A stretch of DNA of 64,000 nucleotides, from the IMG/VR virus record IMGVR_UViG_3300025073_000989; one strand, written 5' to 3'. This stretch comes from a virus (Duplodnaviria > Caudoviricetes). The translations under genes and the position numbers were made by a program. Within the stretch, counting starts at the first letter, position 1. The number at the start of each line of letters is the position of its first letter. The notes beneath the pieces were generated by a model that was given only the letters and a program-made list of their open reading frames with translations, did no database searches and had not been told where the DNA came from. Positions 27,120-36,903 of this stretch are shown piece by piece.

Positions 27120-27232
27120 ATAGTAAATAACTAGTTTTTATAAATTAAAGGATACCACATATATGGATCCGCCTGTGATTGATGAAATCATAACTTTAGA
27201 ATAATTACTCTAAAACAAATTGAGGTAAACAA

Positions 27233-27409
27233 ATGAGAAAGCCTATACAAATAAAAATAGAGCTGGTAGGAGATGCTTTATATACCGTAGCCCTTTGTAA
27301 CGACGGTACTATTTGGCTATTTGATGGATTTAGCGTAGATTGGATACAACTTCCTCCTATACCACAACCAGTAGAAGACCTACCACCAGCGGAAGATATA
27401 CCAGTCTAA
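27233..27409 (+). CDS. small protein (58 aa)
   Basis: GAGG RBS; MRKPIQIKIELVGDALYTVALCNDGTIW...; below cutoff. Confidence 0.55.
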   Translation: MRKPIQIKIELVGDALYTVALCNDGTIWLFDGFSVDWIQLPPIPQPVEDLPPAEDIPV

Positions 27410-27587
27410 TCTTTAGGGGATTCTGTTTAATCCTTTTCTTGGAACAAACTGATGAAAATAAAAAAATTGTACCTTGTAACTTTAATTGGTATCTTATTAT
27501 CTGGATGTGCTTCATACCAAACTAAAATAGATGCCACTATTTTAGTAGATCCAGTAACAGGAAAATACTATGAAGTAATAGAAACTT

Positions 27588-27884
27588 ATGATAGTTATCA
27601 TATTAAACCAATTAAATAATTGGGCACAAGTAAATTTTTTTTGTACAGGTGAGTATATGAACTCTATAGTTTATCTCTGTGTTAATTGTGATACAAAAGT
27701 AGCTAATATCTTGAAAGGTTCTAGTATGAAAAGGGGAACAGGTTTTATTTGTGATACTTGTATAAGTAGTTTAGGTATTAAAGTAAAATCTACTCCAAGC
27801 GTTTCTGGTAAAGATATGCTTGATACTTTTAATACAATTTTTGGTAATATATTTCCAACCAAAAAACCTAAGGGGAAGAAATGA
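27588..27884 (+). CDS. zinc-finger protein (true start probably near 27657, MNSIVYLC)
   Basis: CVNC...CDTC. Confidence 0.55.
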   Translation: MIVIILNQLNNWAQVNFFCTGEYMNSIVYLCVNCDTKVANILKGSSMKRGTGFICDTCISSLGIKVKSTPSVSGKDMLDTFNTIFGNIFPTKKPKGKK

Positions 27885-28132
27885 GCGATAACTTAAAACT
27901 ATATTGGTATTGCGATACTTGTTTGAAGGATGGAGAATTTGAAGTAAGCGGAGATACATCTGTAAAAAGAGTCTTAACTATGGCGCTAGATGCCCATAAA
28001 AGAGCAGAAAATGAATGTGCCCAGGATACTATGTATATCTCATGCCCAAACTTTGGAACAAAAACAAGAGTAGCTTTTGATACTACAAATGAGCTGTTAA
28101 AGCTATTTCAAGAAGGACCTTTAACTTCGTAA
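27881..28132 (+). CDS. hypothetical protein
   Basis: Coupled to upstream ORF. Confidence 0.65.
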   Translation: MSDNLKLYWYCDTCLKDGEFEVSGDTSVKRVLTMALDAHKRAENECAQDTMYISCPNFGTKTRVAFDTTNELLKLFQEGPLTS

Positions 28133-28282
28133 AAATTTTAATGAATGAAGGGGATATGAAAGGTGGACCTGGAGCTATAAAGAAAAGCACTTCTAACAAA
28201 AAACTAAATAGACCTCCGCCCCCACCATGTGTAATAAAAAAAACAAAGATTAACCGTTAGTTGTAGAGCAAGGATAAAAAGA

Positions 28283-28576
28283 ATGAATAACATATTGGCA
28301 AGAAATGGAATATTAAATGGTTTGGGAGTAGCAAGATTTGGAAGACAGATTTATCCATATATACCTAAAGACTATAAAATTATTGATTCTTGTGTACACA
28401 GAAAATGCAAACAGAATGGTAGGTGTTCTTGTAGGACAACCTTTGTTATACTAAAATACGGAGTAGTTACACAAGACGTAAATAGTATACAAGAGGGGTT
28501 GTCTATCATAGAATCTTTTATGCTAGAAGAAAAATTCTTTTCTAAAGGTATTGCGAAAAAATTAGCAGATGGCTAG
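28283..28576 (+). CDS. hypothetical protein; 3' end overlaps a tRNA remnant
   Basis: AAGGA RBS. Confidence 0.6.
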   Translation: MNNILARNGILNGLGVARFGRQIYPYIPKDYKIIDSCVHRKCKQNGRCSCRTTFVILKYGVVTQDVNSIQEGLSIIESFMLEEKFFSKGIAKKLADG

Positions 28577-28630
28577 AGTCACCGGCTCATAACCGGTCGG
28601 TCCCTGGTTCGAGCCCAGGTGAGCCCACCA
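28563..28630 (+). pseudogene. 5'-truncated tRNA, anticodon CAT (Met/Ile2)
   Basis: accgg-ctCATaa-ccggt, cctgg-ttcgagc-ccagg, tgagcccACCA; 5' acceptor strand (expected gggctca) missing. Confidence 0.75.
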
Positions 28631-28653
28631 ATTTTTACTAGGAGACTAAAACA

Positions 28654-29175
28654 ATGGATTATTTTTTTACTGCCGATGAACACTATAGACATCACAATAT
28701 AATTAAATATACAAATAGGCCTTTTTCTTCTGTAGAAGAAATGGATGAAACCTTAATCTCACGGTACAACGAAGTAGTAAAAGACAATGATGTTGTGATT
28801 CATGCTGGCGATTTTACGTTAGCTCCAGAAAAAATAGCGGTCGCTTATATAAAACGACTAAAAGGACAACATATCTTTCTAAGCGGAAGCCATGATCGTT
28901 GGTTAAAAGGCAAAAAAAACATAAAGCAAATATTAGAACTAACTGTTGGTAAACAACTAATAGTAATAGGACACTATTGTCTCCGAACATGGGCAGCGTC
29001 GCACTATAATAGCTGGCATCTCTACGGTCACAGCCATAACACGTTGCCACCAATAGGGAAAAGTTGGGATATCGGTGTTGACGGACATAACTTCTATCCA
29101 TACTCTTTAGAAGAAATTAGAGAAATAATGAAAGACCGACCAGATAATCCTAATTTAGTAAAAAAAGTGAAATAA
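28654..29175 (+). CDS. calcineurin-like metallophosphoesterase
   Basis: ADEH, HAGDF, GSHD, GHSH motifs. Confidence 0.88.
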   Translation: MDYFFTADEHYRHHNIIKYTNRPFSSVEEMDETLISRYNEVVKDNDVVIHAGDFTLAPEKIAVAYIKRLKGQHIFLSGSHDRWLKGKKNIKQILELTVGKQLIVIGHYCLRTWAASHYNSWHLYGHSHNTLPPIGKSWDIGVDGHNFYPYSLEEIREIMKDRPDNPNLVKKVK

Positions 29176-29180
29176 ATTAT

Positions 29181-30104
29181 ATGTTATATTTTATAGATCA
29201 CGATTTTAAAGGCGAAACACTGCTAGGTGTCTTTCTATACGGTGAAAAAATATATCTAGACAATGTTCCGATAGCAGTACAAGCATATAAATTTAGAGTA
29301 TACATAAGCACAGAAGATCAATTTTTTAAAATTAATAAAACCAGTAGTGAGTTTCTGGAGTTTATTTATACCTGTAACTTATCGAAATATACTAGAACTA
29401 TAAATCGTAAACTTAATTGGTTAGGGGCAAAGTTAACTCCATTTAAAAAACTCGACTGGGAAAATCTAATAAAAGATGCTGAGCCAGCAGAATATGAAGA
29501 AATATTAAGTAGATTGCACAGGAAACAGAATAAAATAATTCCACACAAAGTTGTTTATAATGCTGGTGATTACGGATTGGGTTGTGAATTTTTTGAATTT
29601 ACAGAAGACACTGCCTCATCTTGGGCAGGCCCCTTTAAGCAGAATGGTAAATTAGGAGCATTAGTCTTACCGGAAGTAATAAACAAGCAACAAGGTTTCC
29701 CAGTATTTGATGTAAAAAAGTACTTTAGTTACTACGATTTACCGTATAATTTTGGAGAAAAATTAGATACAGACAAACAACCTGAATTTCCAAACGGAGA
29801 TTATTTTCTATGCTCATTGACTGAAGAAGAAAAAATAAACTTTTTTGATAATTTACCGCTAGAAGTAAAACATGCAACAGCACAGAATTATTATAGCAAA
29901 CTAGCTAACAAAGAAAGAATTGCAGAATACTTGGGCCGTACCCTTCCATATAAAATTTATATGTATGGTACGGACGACTGTTCCTACACAAAATGGTTTA
30001 TTAGTCTAGAAGAAGTAGAAAGAGAGCTTAACTACTTGAGAACGATGCAACCATTGAACTTTAATAGAGATATCATGGATAGAGAATATATTTTTACAAA
30101 CTAA
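29181..30104 (+). CDS. hypothetical protein (307 aa)
   Basis: Long ORF; no recognised motif. Confidence 0.75.
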   Translation: MLYFIDHDFKGETLLGVFLYGEKIYLDNVPIAVQAYKFRVYISTEDQFFKINKTSSEFLEFIYTCNLSKYTRTINRKLNWLGAKLTPFKKLDWENLIKDAEPAEYEEILSRLHRKQNKIIPHKVVYNAGDYGLGCEFFEFTEDTASSWAGPFKQNGKLGALVLPEVINKQQGFPVFDVKKYFSYYDLPYNFGEKLDTDKQPEFPNGDYFLCSLTEEEKINFFDNLPLEVKHATAQNYYSKLANKERIAEYLGRTLPYKIYMYGTDDCSYTKWFISLEEVERELNYLRTMQPLNFNRDIMDREYIFTN

Positions 30105-30151
30105 AAGTAAGTTAAGGGGCAAAAACGAAAATCTTCAATAAAGTAAAAGAC

Positions 30152-30427
30152 GTGTTTTGTATTTTATTCAATATATATTTTTGGTCAATGACCCCTAAGT
30201 ATGATAAGCAATGGGATAAAGAACTAAAAGAGTTAATGCAAGTAAATAAATTTAAGAATATAGACGGATCTGATTTTAGATTTTCTCTAGGGAAAACAAG
30301 AATGTGGTGTGCAAATTATCCGTACGCTTGTTTTACTAGAATATGTAAACCAGGTAGACCAAGTAGATTTACTATTTTAGCAGCAGCTAAAAAATTTAAA
30401 CTTGATGTTGGAAGAAAACCGCTTTAA
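30152..30427 (+). CDS. hypothetical protein
   Basis: ORF in plus-strand run; start uncertain. Confidence 0.55.
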   Translation: MFCILFNIYFWSMTPKYDKQWDKELKELMQVNKFKNIDGSDFRFSLGKTRMWCANYPYACFTRICKPGRPSRFTILAAAKKFKLDVGRKPL

Positions 30428-30465
30428 ATAAATATATTTAGTGAGAGCTATGAAATAAAAATTAT

Positions 30466-30909
30466 TTGTATAAGGATTATTTTCAAATGAAAAATATAAA
30501 TATATGGACAGATAGAAACTGTAGAATTTATGCTATAATTATGCAACAATTTAGAGCTTTTGTTAAAAAGATAGATTCTCACCTAAATATTGAAGGAGAT
30601 ACGATCTTATCGGACAGATTAAAAAAAGCATTTGCTGGTGATCTAAATAATTATGACCAACTATTAGTCATCGAAGTAGGCTCAGACGAGCAAGGTATTT
30701 TTTTAACCGATAGACTAAAAGAAAAATTTAAACTAGAAACGTTTTTTATGATGGATGAGTTTCCAAGAAGTATTTGCCTAAAAGCAATAACGAGTGAAAA
30801 TGATGAAAAAACCAAACATACGTATACCAATACCCCGGCCGGGAGGCCCCATGAAGAGCATTCGGGAGTACAACAGGAATCGATTCAAAATAGAGGATTC
30901 CTACTGTGA
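30466..30909 (+). CDS. hypothetical protein
   Basis: ORF in plus-strand run; start uncertain. Confidence 0.55.
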   Translation: MYKDYFQMKNINIWTDRNCRIYAIIMQQFRAFVKKIDSHLNIEGDTILSDRLKKAFAGDLNNYDQLLVIEVGSDEQGIFLTDRLKEKFKLETFFMMDEFPRSICLKAITSENDEKTKHTYTNTPAGRPHEEHSGVQQESIQNRGFLL

Positions 30910-31101
30910 GGAGAATATGTATGAAGATGTATACTGTCATCTATGTGGTATGTTAGTATGTCAAACCTGTGGATGCTGTTGTAATAAATCCTGTAAAAAT
31001 TGTTCATGCCCAGAAGTAATAAAGTAGAAAACAGCTTTAAAGAGTAAAAAAAATGAAAAAAGAAAGGCTTTGGAGACTACTATATTATCTCAACCAACAG
31101 A

Positions 31102-31299
31102 ATGAATAATTACCTAGAATGTTTAGAATCAGGAGCTAAGAAGATACGGGAACTTACTGCCGAAAACGAAAGGCTGCGGGAAAGGGATGGAATGGAACAA
31201 TCAGAGAAAATTCAAAATATAATGTGGTTAGTTTTTGAGTACGCTAAAATTATGGATGGTGCCGAAAGACTATTTGGTAAAGAGAGAGAGAAGCATTAG
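31102..31299 (+). CDS. hypothetical protein
   Basis: ORF in plus-strand run. Confidence 0.55.
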   Translation: MNNYLECLESGAKKIRELTAENERLRERDGMEQSEKIQNIMWLVFEYAKIMDGAERLFGKEREKH

Positions 31300-31340
31300 C
31301 AATAAAAGCAAGCGCAAAAGGCCAAGAAATTAGAGATTTA

Positions 31341-31577
31341 TTGGGAAAATATATTAAAGAGAAACCTTTTGTATGTGTCTACCGTGAAGGGATGAGTGGA
31401 CGTGATCGAGATAACCGCTATACAGTAGACTGGCAAGAACCAGAAGTGAAAATGTTTCCATTAGATAAAGCAAGGGCAACGTGGATTAAAGAACGAGAGA
31501 TAATTGCAGCTGTAGACCCAAATCACTACGAGAGCGGTTATGTGTTTGAGGTAATATATTCAGGCTGTAAAGCATAA
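31341..31577 (+). CDS. hypothetical protein
   Basis: ORF in plus-strand run; TTG start. Confidence 0.5.
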   Translation: MGKYIKEKPFVCVYREGMSGRDRDNRYTVDWQEPEVKMFPLDKARATWIKEREIIAAVDPNHYESGYVFEVIYSGCKA

Positions 31578-31599
31578 ACATAACTATGGTATTTTACAC

Positions 31600-32454
31600 A
31601 TAAAACTAGAATGTAACTGCTGTGATGGTGTATATAATTCATTTGACGTGCACTTTACAAGTGCCTGCGATAATAAATGTACTCACTGTATTGATAGAAG
31701 GTTTAGCGGTTTAGGTATAGTAAAACCGGATGTTGCGGCGATAGTGAGTACAGTCGTGGCAAATGCTCAGGGACTTGATGATGTATTATTTCTAGGTGGC
31801 GAACCGTGTTTGTACTTGGATGAGCTTTTAGATTGCGTAAGACAGATTAAAGCTAAAACAAGGTTAAAAGTTTTTGTAACTACTTCAGTACCAAAAATGT
31901 GCTATGATAGGCACGAAATTTTTTATGCGCTAATTAATGAACTCGATGGGATAAATCTATCAGTACAACATTACAAAGAAGAGGTTGCTGATAAAATAAG
32001 GCGTACTACTTCAGCGTACAATCGTCAAGATTTTTACCGGCAATTACCGAATAAGAATAAAATACGAGTAAACTTTAATATAGTAAAACCGTTCTTGTAT
32101 ACAAGAGAGGACTTGACCGCATGCTTGTGCCACTACGGAGCTATGGGGTTTAACTCTATAAAGTTATCAGAAATACAACATGGGAAAGATATATACGTAT
32201 CGTTTGCCGATGTATTTGATTTCTTCATGCTTTCGGCTTATTCACACGGTTGCCAGAGTTATATTGATACAAGCAAAATTTTACCTGGTTTTGATACACC
32301 TTTATTACTGAAAAGATCATGTTTTTTGTGTGAAGAAAGTCTATCTGCATCGTTAGCGGACGGAATAAAGCTAGTGGCTAAAATATTTAGGCCAAGCAAA
32401 AATAAATATGGTGTTGTCTATGAAAATGGATCACTACAAGGAGGATGGGTATGA
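31600..32454 (+). CDS. radical SAM protein; probable ATA start upstream of track start 31648
   Basis: CDNKCTHC (CxxxCxxC), FLGGEP; in-frame extension KLECNCCDGVYNSFD. Confidence 0.88.
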   Translation: MKLECNCCDGVYNSFDVHFTSACDNKCTHCIDRRFSGLGIVKPDVAAIVSTVVANAQGLDDVLFLGGEPCLYLDELLDCVRQIKAKTRLKVFVTTSVPKMCYDRHEIFYALINELDGINLSVQHYKEEVADKIRRTTSAYNRQDFYRQLPNKNKIRVNFNIVKPFLYTREDLTACLCHYGAMGFNSIKLSEIQHGKDIYVSFADVFDFFMLSAYSHGCQSYIDTSKILPGFDTPLLLKRSCFLCEESLSASLADGIKLVAKIFRPSKNKYGVVYENGSLQGGWV

Positions 32455-32529
32455 AAACAAAATTGATTGCGGTTTATACGCAATTATTAAGAGATATGGA
32501 TAAGTTTATTAAAGTTATGGCTGGACATT

Positions 32530-32760
32530 GTGGTACCAGAGGTCATTGTTCTTAATGATAAATTTATGGTAATATGCGACAAAGAACAGTACTGTATGGA
32601 TTTTCACTGTTTACACAAATATGCTCATAGGAAAATGTTTTTTGGTAAGTGCAATGATCGTCATTGCGATATATTAGATTGCAACGTCACTTGTAAAACA
32701 ACCAAAAATATTAGTAACATTCTACCACATGAGTATAACATTAAAAGTATATTGGTGTAA
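32530..32760 (+). CDS. small Cys/His-rich protein
   Basis: ORF in plus-strand run. Confidence 0.5.
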   Translation: MVPEVIVLNDKFMVICDKEQYCMDFHCLHKYAHRKMFFGKCNDRHCDILDCNVTCKTTKNISNILPHEYNIKSILV

Positions 32761-32763
32761 TAC

Positions 32764-33366
32764 ATGCTGGAAAAAGAAAAACAAAATGCTGTTATAACTA
32801 TGGGAGGAAAAAGAGGCCCGAACTGGTTTAAATCAACAACTCCTTATGGTTATAATATAGCCCTATGTATTAGTGCAGTAATAAAAGAAATAAGAAGAGG
32901 AAATGAAGAGCATGCTGTTTATTGGTCATACCAAATAGCCATCTCTGGCCCAGAAGCAGAGAAATTTTTATGGGAACTTCTCAGAGTACATTCCATAGAA
33001 GATATAAGCCTTTCAAATCCAGAAGCTATAAATATTGTATGTAATGTAATGAATTTGTACTTTGATTTACCAAATACAGATAATCGTAAATATGCGGTAT
33101 TGACCTATATTGTTGTGTACATGGCAAGACAAACAAAAACAAGGTACACAAACGATCTATTTCTTAACATCATTAGCAGATTACACAGCGGTGATATGAA
33201 ATTAGAAATACCAGATTATGCTATTGATCTCCATAGTCCGGAAGGGAGAAAAATGGGTAGAGGGTTAGGACATTATCTTTTAGAGGCCTCTTTTCTAGAA
33301 AACGAAGATAATAGATTTTCAAAAAAATACAAAGCTGAACTACTAAAACAAAATAAACAACCGTAG
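32764..33366 (+). CDS. stand-alone MgsA/RarA C-terminal-like domain protein
   Basis: ISAVIKEIRRGNEEHAVYW, EDISLSNP, IPDYAIDLHSPEGRKMGRG; no AAA+ domain. Confidence 0.65.
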   Translation: MLEKEKQNAVITMGGKRGPNWFKSTTPYGYNIALCISAVIKEIRRGNEEHAVYWSYQIAISGPEAEKFLWELLRVHSIEDISLSNPEAINIVCNVMNLYFDLPNTDNRKYAVLTYIVVYMARQTKTRYTNDLFLNIISRLHSGDMKLEIPDYAIDLHSPEGRKMGRGLGHYLLEASFLENEDNRFSKKYKAELLKQNKQP

Positions 33367-33399
33367 AAAAAATAAGAAAAATTTTTAAAGGGTAGTAAC

Positions 33400-33627
33400 A
33401 TGAAACAAAACTTTGATATTGATACTACAGTAAAAGAAATTAGACCTGAAAAGATTCATAGAAAAAAGCAAGACAAGGCTCGAAGAGGAGATAGGGGTTT
33501 AAGAATACCAAAAAATACTCCATACAAAAGAAATAGAGGTAGTGATATTTATGTTGAAATTGGAGAGGAAGACGCAGAAGACACAAACCAAGCCTTAGAT
33601 TATACAGAACCAAATACAGATGAGTAA
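33400..33627 (+). CDS. hypothetical protein
   Basis: Basic then acidic; coupled downstream. Confidence 0.6.
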   Translation: MKQNFDIDTTVKEIRPEKIHRKKQDKARRGDRGLRIPKNTPYKRNRGSDIYVEIGEEDAEDTNQALDYTEPNTDE

Positions 33628-33865
33628 AAATTGTGATATTCCTATAGAAGAAGCCATAAAGACTGGTTGTTTTAGGGGTTTTGGAATAGATAGATTTTTA
33701 AATATAGGTAATGACCCTATTCTTTTGAGCCTAGCAGAAAGAGAAAGTAAAAAATTATTTACCAAGAGCGAAGCACTAATAGAACCTAAATGCTGTTTTT
33801 TTAGAAGAAAAACTAAAAAACCAACAAAAGAATTTTTGGAGCAACTTCAAAAAATGTTAACTTAA
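33620..33865 (+). CDS. hypothetical protein
   Basis: Coupled. Confidence 0.6.
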   Translation: MSKNCDIPIEEAIKTGCFRGFGIDRFLNIGNDPILLSLAERESKKLFTKSEALIEPKCCFFRRKTKKPTKEFLEQLQKMLT

Positions 33866-34058
33866 ATATAGGTATAGTTATGTCCACTGAATTAAAAAAA
33901 TTAACAGCTGTGTGTTTAGACTGTAAAAGATTGAATAAAAAAGCGTATAAAACCTTTTATTGTTTTAAAAGGCCAGACTGTCCCGCTACAAAGTGGACTT
34001 TTGAAATTAAAACTAGAGTGATGTCACAAAAAGAAAAAATTTAAGGAGGTTTTTACTC

Positions 34059-34832
34059 ATGGAATTAAAGTTCTTAGGCTCTGGTGCCGCTTTTACTATG
34101 TCAAATAGACACAGCAACATGCTCTTAACACATAATGAAAAAAATTTATTAATTGACTGCGGATCGGATATTAGACACTCTATAGCACAGGCAGGATTAT
34201 CTCACAGAGATATAGATGCTGTTTATATCTCCCACCTACATGGAGACCATGTAGGAGGTATGGAGTGGTTAGCTTTATACTCATATTTTGATCCAGCCGC
34301 CAATAAAGTTAAGTTGTTTATTAATGCCTCTTTAAAAGAAGATATATGGAACCGGGTACTCAGCGCAGGATTAAGTACTATAGAAGGAGTTGACGCAAAT
34401 CTAACGACATATTTTATTTTAATGGATCATACTGTAACTGGAGCATTTGAGTGGGAAGGTATTCAATTTCAGATGATTCAAACAGTACATACCGTGAATG
34501 GACATCTTCTAATGCCTTCTTTTGGATTAATGTTTAAATTAAATGATAAACTGGTTTTTCTTACAACCGATACACAATTCTGCCCTAACCAAATAAAAGT
34601 ATTTTATCATAAAGCAGATCTTATTTTCCATGATTGTGAAACTACTGGATTTAAATCTGGTGTACATGCACATTATGACGACCTAAAAACACTTCCGGTC
34701 GACATTAAAAGAAAAATGTGGTTGTACCATTATCAAGATGAGTGGTTATACCATTATCAAGACACTAGTGATCAAAATAACGTAAAGGATGGTTTTTTGG
34801 GTTTTATACAAAAAGGACAAGTATTTAAATAA
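34059..34832 (+). CDS. MBL-fold metallo-hydrolase (RNase Z-like group)
   Basis: FLGSG, LIDCG, SHLHGDH, TDT, HDC, HAH motifs; AAGGAGG RBS. Confidence 0.88.
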   Translation: MELKFLGSGAAFTMSNRHSNMLLTHNEKNLLIDCGSDIRHSIAQAGLSHRDIDAVYISHLHGDHVGGMEWLALYSYFDPAANKVKLFINASLKEDIWNRVLSAGLSTIEGVDANLTTYFILMDHTVTGAFEWEGIQFQMIQTVHTVNGHLLMPSFGLMFKLNDKLVFLTTDTQFCPNQIKVFYHKADLIFHDCETTGFKSGVHAHYDDLKTLPVDIKRKMWLYHYQDEWLYHYQDTSDQNNVKDGFLGFIQKGQVFK

Positions 34833-34854
34833 AACTAAATAAGTTGAAAAATAT

Positions 34855-35400
34855 ATGAATACACTATCAAAAGTAAAATACTATTATGAATATACGCTAG
34901 ACGACCTTGCCGATTCCACTTATAATATTACTATAAACACGATTAAGGCACGCAATGTATACGAAAACGAATGGGCACTAGAGGATACAAATAAGAGTGA
35001 ACCGAAACCTCAAAACGAAGAAGCAAAAAATAATTTAGTAACAACCAAACTACACAAAAGTAAAACTAAAAAAGGTGTACTATGTTTAAATACAGCTTCA
35101 TTACGACAATTAAGTAGATTACGTGATGATTTTAAGGTATCCGTATATGATTATCAACAAAAATCCTTTAGGTTCTTAAATGTAATAATTCCCGGACACT
35201 TGGTTGTAGATACAGGTATAATAGTATTTTCTAGTCATAATATATTTTTATGTAACAAGTTCACTAAACTGAGTACTTTTGTATTTTTTCCTGAAGAATT
35301 GCAAAAAATATTTAGAGCACAAGAGTACTTCTTTTCTTTTGGTTTACCAAGAGTACCAAGCAACCAGGCAAGCAACACAGTAAACGGAAATACTTTATGA
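34855..35400 (+). CDS. hypothetical protein
   Basis: ORF in plus-strand run. Confidence 0.65.
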   Translation: MNTLSKVKYYYEYTLDDLADSTYNITINTIKARNVYENEWALEDTNKSEPKPQNEEAKNNLVTTKLHKSKTKKGVLCLNTASLRQLSRLRDDFKVSVYDYQQKSFRFLNVIIPGHLVVDTGIIVFSSHNIFLCNKFTKLSTFVFFPEELQKIFRAQEYFFSFGLPRVPSNQASNTVNGNTL

Positions 35401-35747
35401 TACAAGAACTAATAGCCCATACAAACAACAGTAATTTTGTATTTAAGCTAAATCAGCAATTAAGTAATGGATTTAGAGTTATACCTGGAACCACGTATGC
35501 TGTAGCGCTAGAAGACGAAAAGGATCATTTCTTTTCTATGGTGCTGTGGAAGAACAACCGTGAAATAATGCTTACTTCTATTACTTTTGGTGCGTTTGTA
35601 AGCCAAGTTAATACTTATCTAAATGACGGCTATTTAGTAGTAGTAGGTACGCTGTATGCGTGTAGTTTAAATATAAGTATAACTATTTTTGATGAAGAAC
35701 CTAAACTTTTTACACAATATTTTTTTAATATTATAGGAAAAGACTAA
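35397..35747 (+). CDS. hypothetical protein with internal two-fold repeat
   Basis: FVFKLNQQLSNGFRVIPGTTYA vs FVSQVNTYLNDGYLVVVGTLYA. Confidence 0.7.
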   Translation: MIQELIAHTNNSNFVFKLNQQLSNGFRVIPGTTYAVALEDEKDHFFSMVLWKNNREIMLTSITFGAFVSQVNTYLNDGYLVVVGTLYACSLNISITIFDEEPKLFTQYFFNIIGKD

Positions 35748-36169
35748 TGCTAGAAGTAAGAAGGTATAAAAAAATACACGATATGCCTGAAACATATACT
35801 AGATGGAAAAAACTCGAAATAGAAACAAGATGGATAGCTTTAAGCACACTAAAAGATATGATAAACATAAAAACAAATCCAGATCTTGTTTTAGTGTATA
35901 CAGATAACAAAACAGCACTAGTTTTAGCAGCTTTATTTATGCGCGAAGTTTTTGATGAAATAGACAATACTCTATTTGATCCTGTTACCGGTATTCTATA
36001 TTTATATTTTGGTAATGTGGCGAAAGACGTAGAAAATGCTTTGGGCAGAAAAGAGAAAATAGAGCAGGCAAGGAAAAAAACTATAGAATTAATGGACAAA
36101 TATTTAAACTCCAATAATCTAAGTAATACAAAACTTGATTCAAATTATCAACTATTATTTGATGAATAA
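35747..36169 (+). CDS. hypothetical protein
   Basis: Coupled (TAATG). Confidence 0.65.
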   Translation: MLEVRRYKKIHDMPETYTRWKKLEIETRWIALSTLKDMINIKTNPDLVLVYTDNKTALVLAALFMREVFDEIDNTLFDPVTGILYLYFGNVAKDVENALGRKEKIEQARKKTIELMDKYLNSNNLSNTKLDSNYQLLFDE

Positions 36170-36171
36170 GC

Positions 36172-36423
36172 ATGCTATCTCTAACAATAACAACAGATAA
36201 GTTTAAAAACGAACATGGTATTGCTGACAATATACGTACTGTACTATTAATATGCCCACACTGCAATAAAAATACCTCGCTTACGCTGAGTGGAATTTGT
36301 AAAAGGAATTATGGTTCTCTAAATTACTGCAGAAGGTGCCAGGAATATTTACCAGACATACACAGAATACTAGATAATTTGGAAATTAGATTAAAATTTC
36401 ACTTAGAAAACCGAAATGTATGA
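36172..36423 (+). CDS. zinc-ribbon paralog family B
   Basis: CPHC...CRRC...PDI..IL...RLKFH. Confidence 0.7.
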   Translation: MLSLTITTDKFKNEHGIADNIRTVLLICPHCNKNTSLTLSGICKRNYGSLNYCRRCQEYLPDIHRILDNLEIRLKFHLENRNV

Positions 36424-36676
36424 AATAACAATTTCAGAAAAAGGCACTGCAGCAGTAAAATGTCAACGCTTTGTTTATAATTGTATAAATTGTGGTAGAG
36501 AACATTACTTTCTTTTAAAAAATGGAGTATTTATTAATAATTCATACTTAACATATGTATGTAGTCAGTGTTATACAGATATTCCAAATATAACTAGACT
36601 ACTTCAAAGTATATATACAAGATTAAGGTTTCATGCCGAGAATAAAAATGATAGAATTAACACAAATTTGCACTAA
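36416..36676 (+). CDS. zinc-ribbon paralog family B
   Basis: CINC...CSQC...PNI..LL...RLRFH. Confidence 0.7.
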   Translation: MYEITISEKGTAAVKCQRFVYNCINCGREHYFLLKNGVFINNSYLTYVCSQCYTDIPNITRLLQSIYTRLRFHAENKNDRINTNLH

Positions 36677-36887
36677 AACAACTAGTGTTATAAAACTAGG
36701 TCGTATCGTATTTAGATGCCCTGAATGTGGTACTAATCACTCTACTGTTTGTAAAATAAATATGGATGTATGTGACCAGTGCCTTGAAGCATTGCCACAA
36801 GTAATTGAATTAATAGAAAATATAAAAATTAGATTACTGTGGCACTCAATAGGAAATTTAGGTAACTTAAACATAACAACAGATTAG
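36633..36887 (+). CDS. zinc-ribbon paralog family B
   Basis: CPEC...CDQC...PQV..LI...RLLWH. Confidence 0.7.
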   Translation: MPRIKMIELTQICTKTTSVIKLGRIVFRCPECGTNHSTVCKINMDVCDQCLEALPQVIELIENIKIRLLWHSIGNLGNLNITTD

Positions 36888-36903
36888 GAACTAAAACTAA
36901 AAA

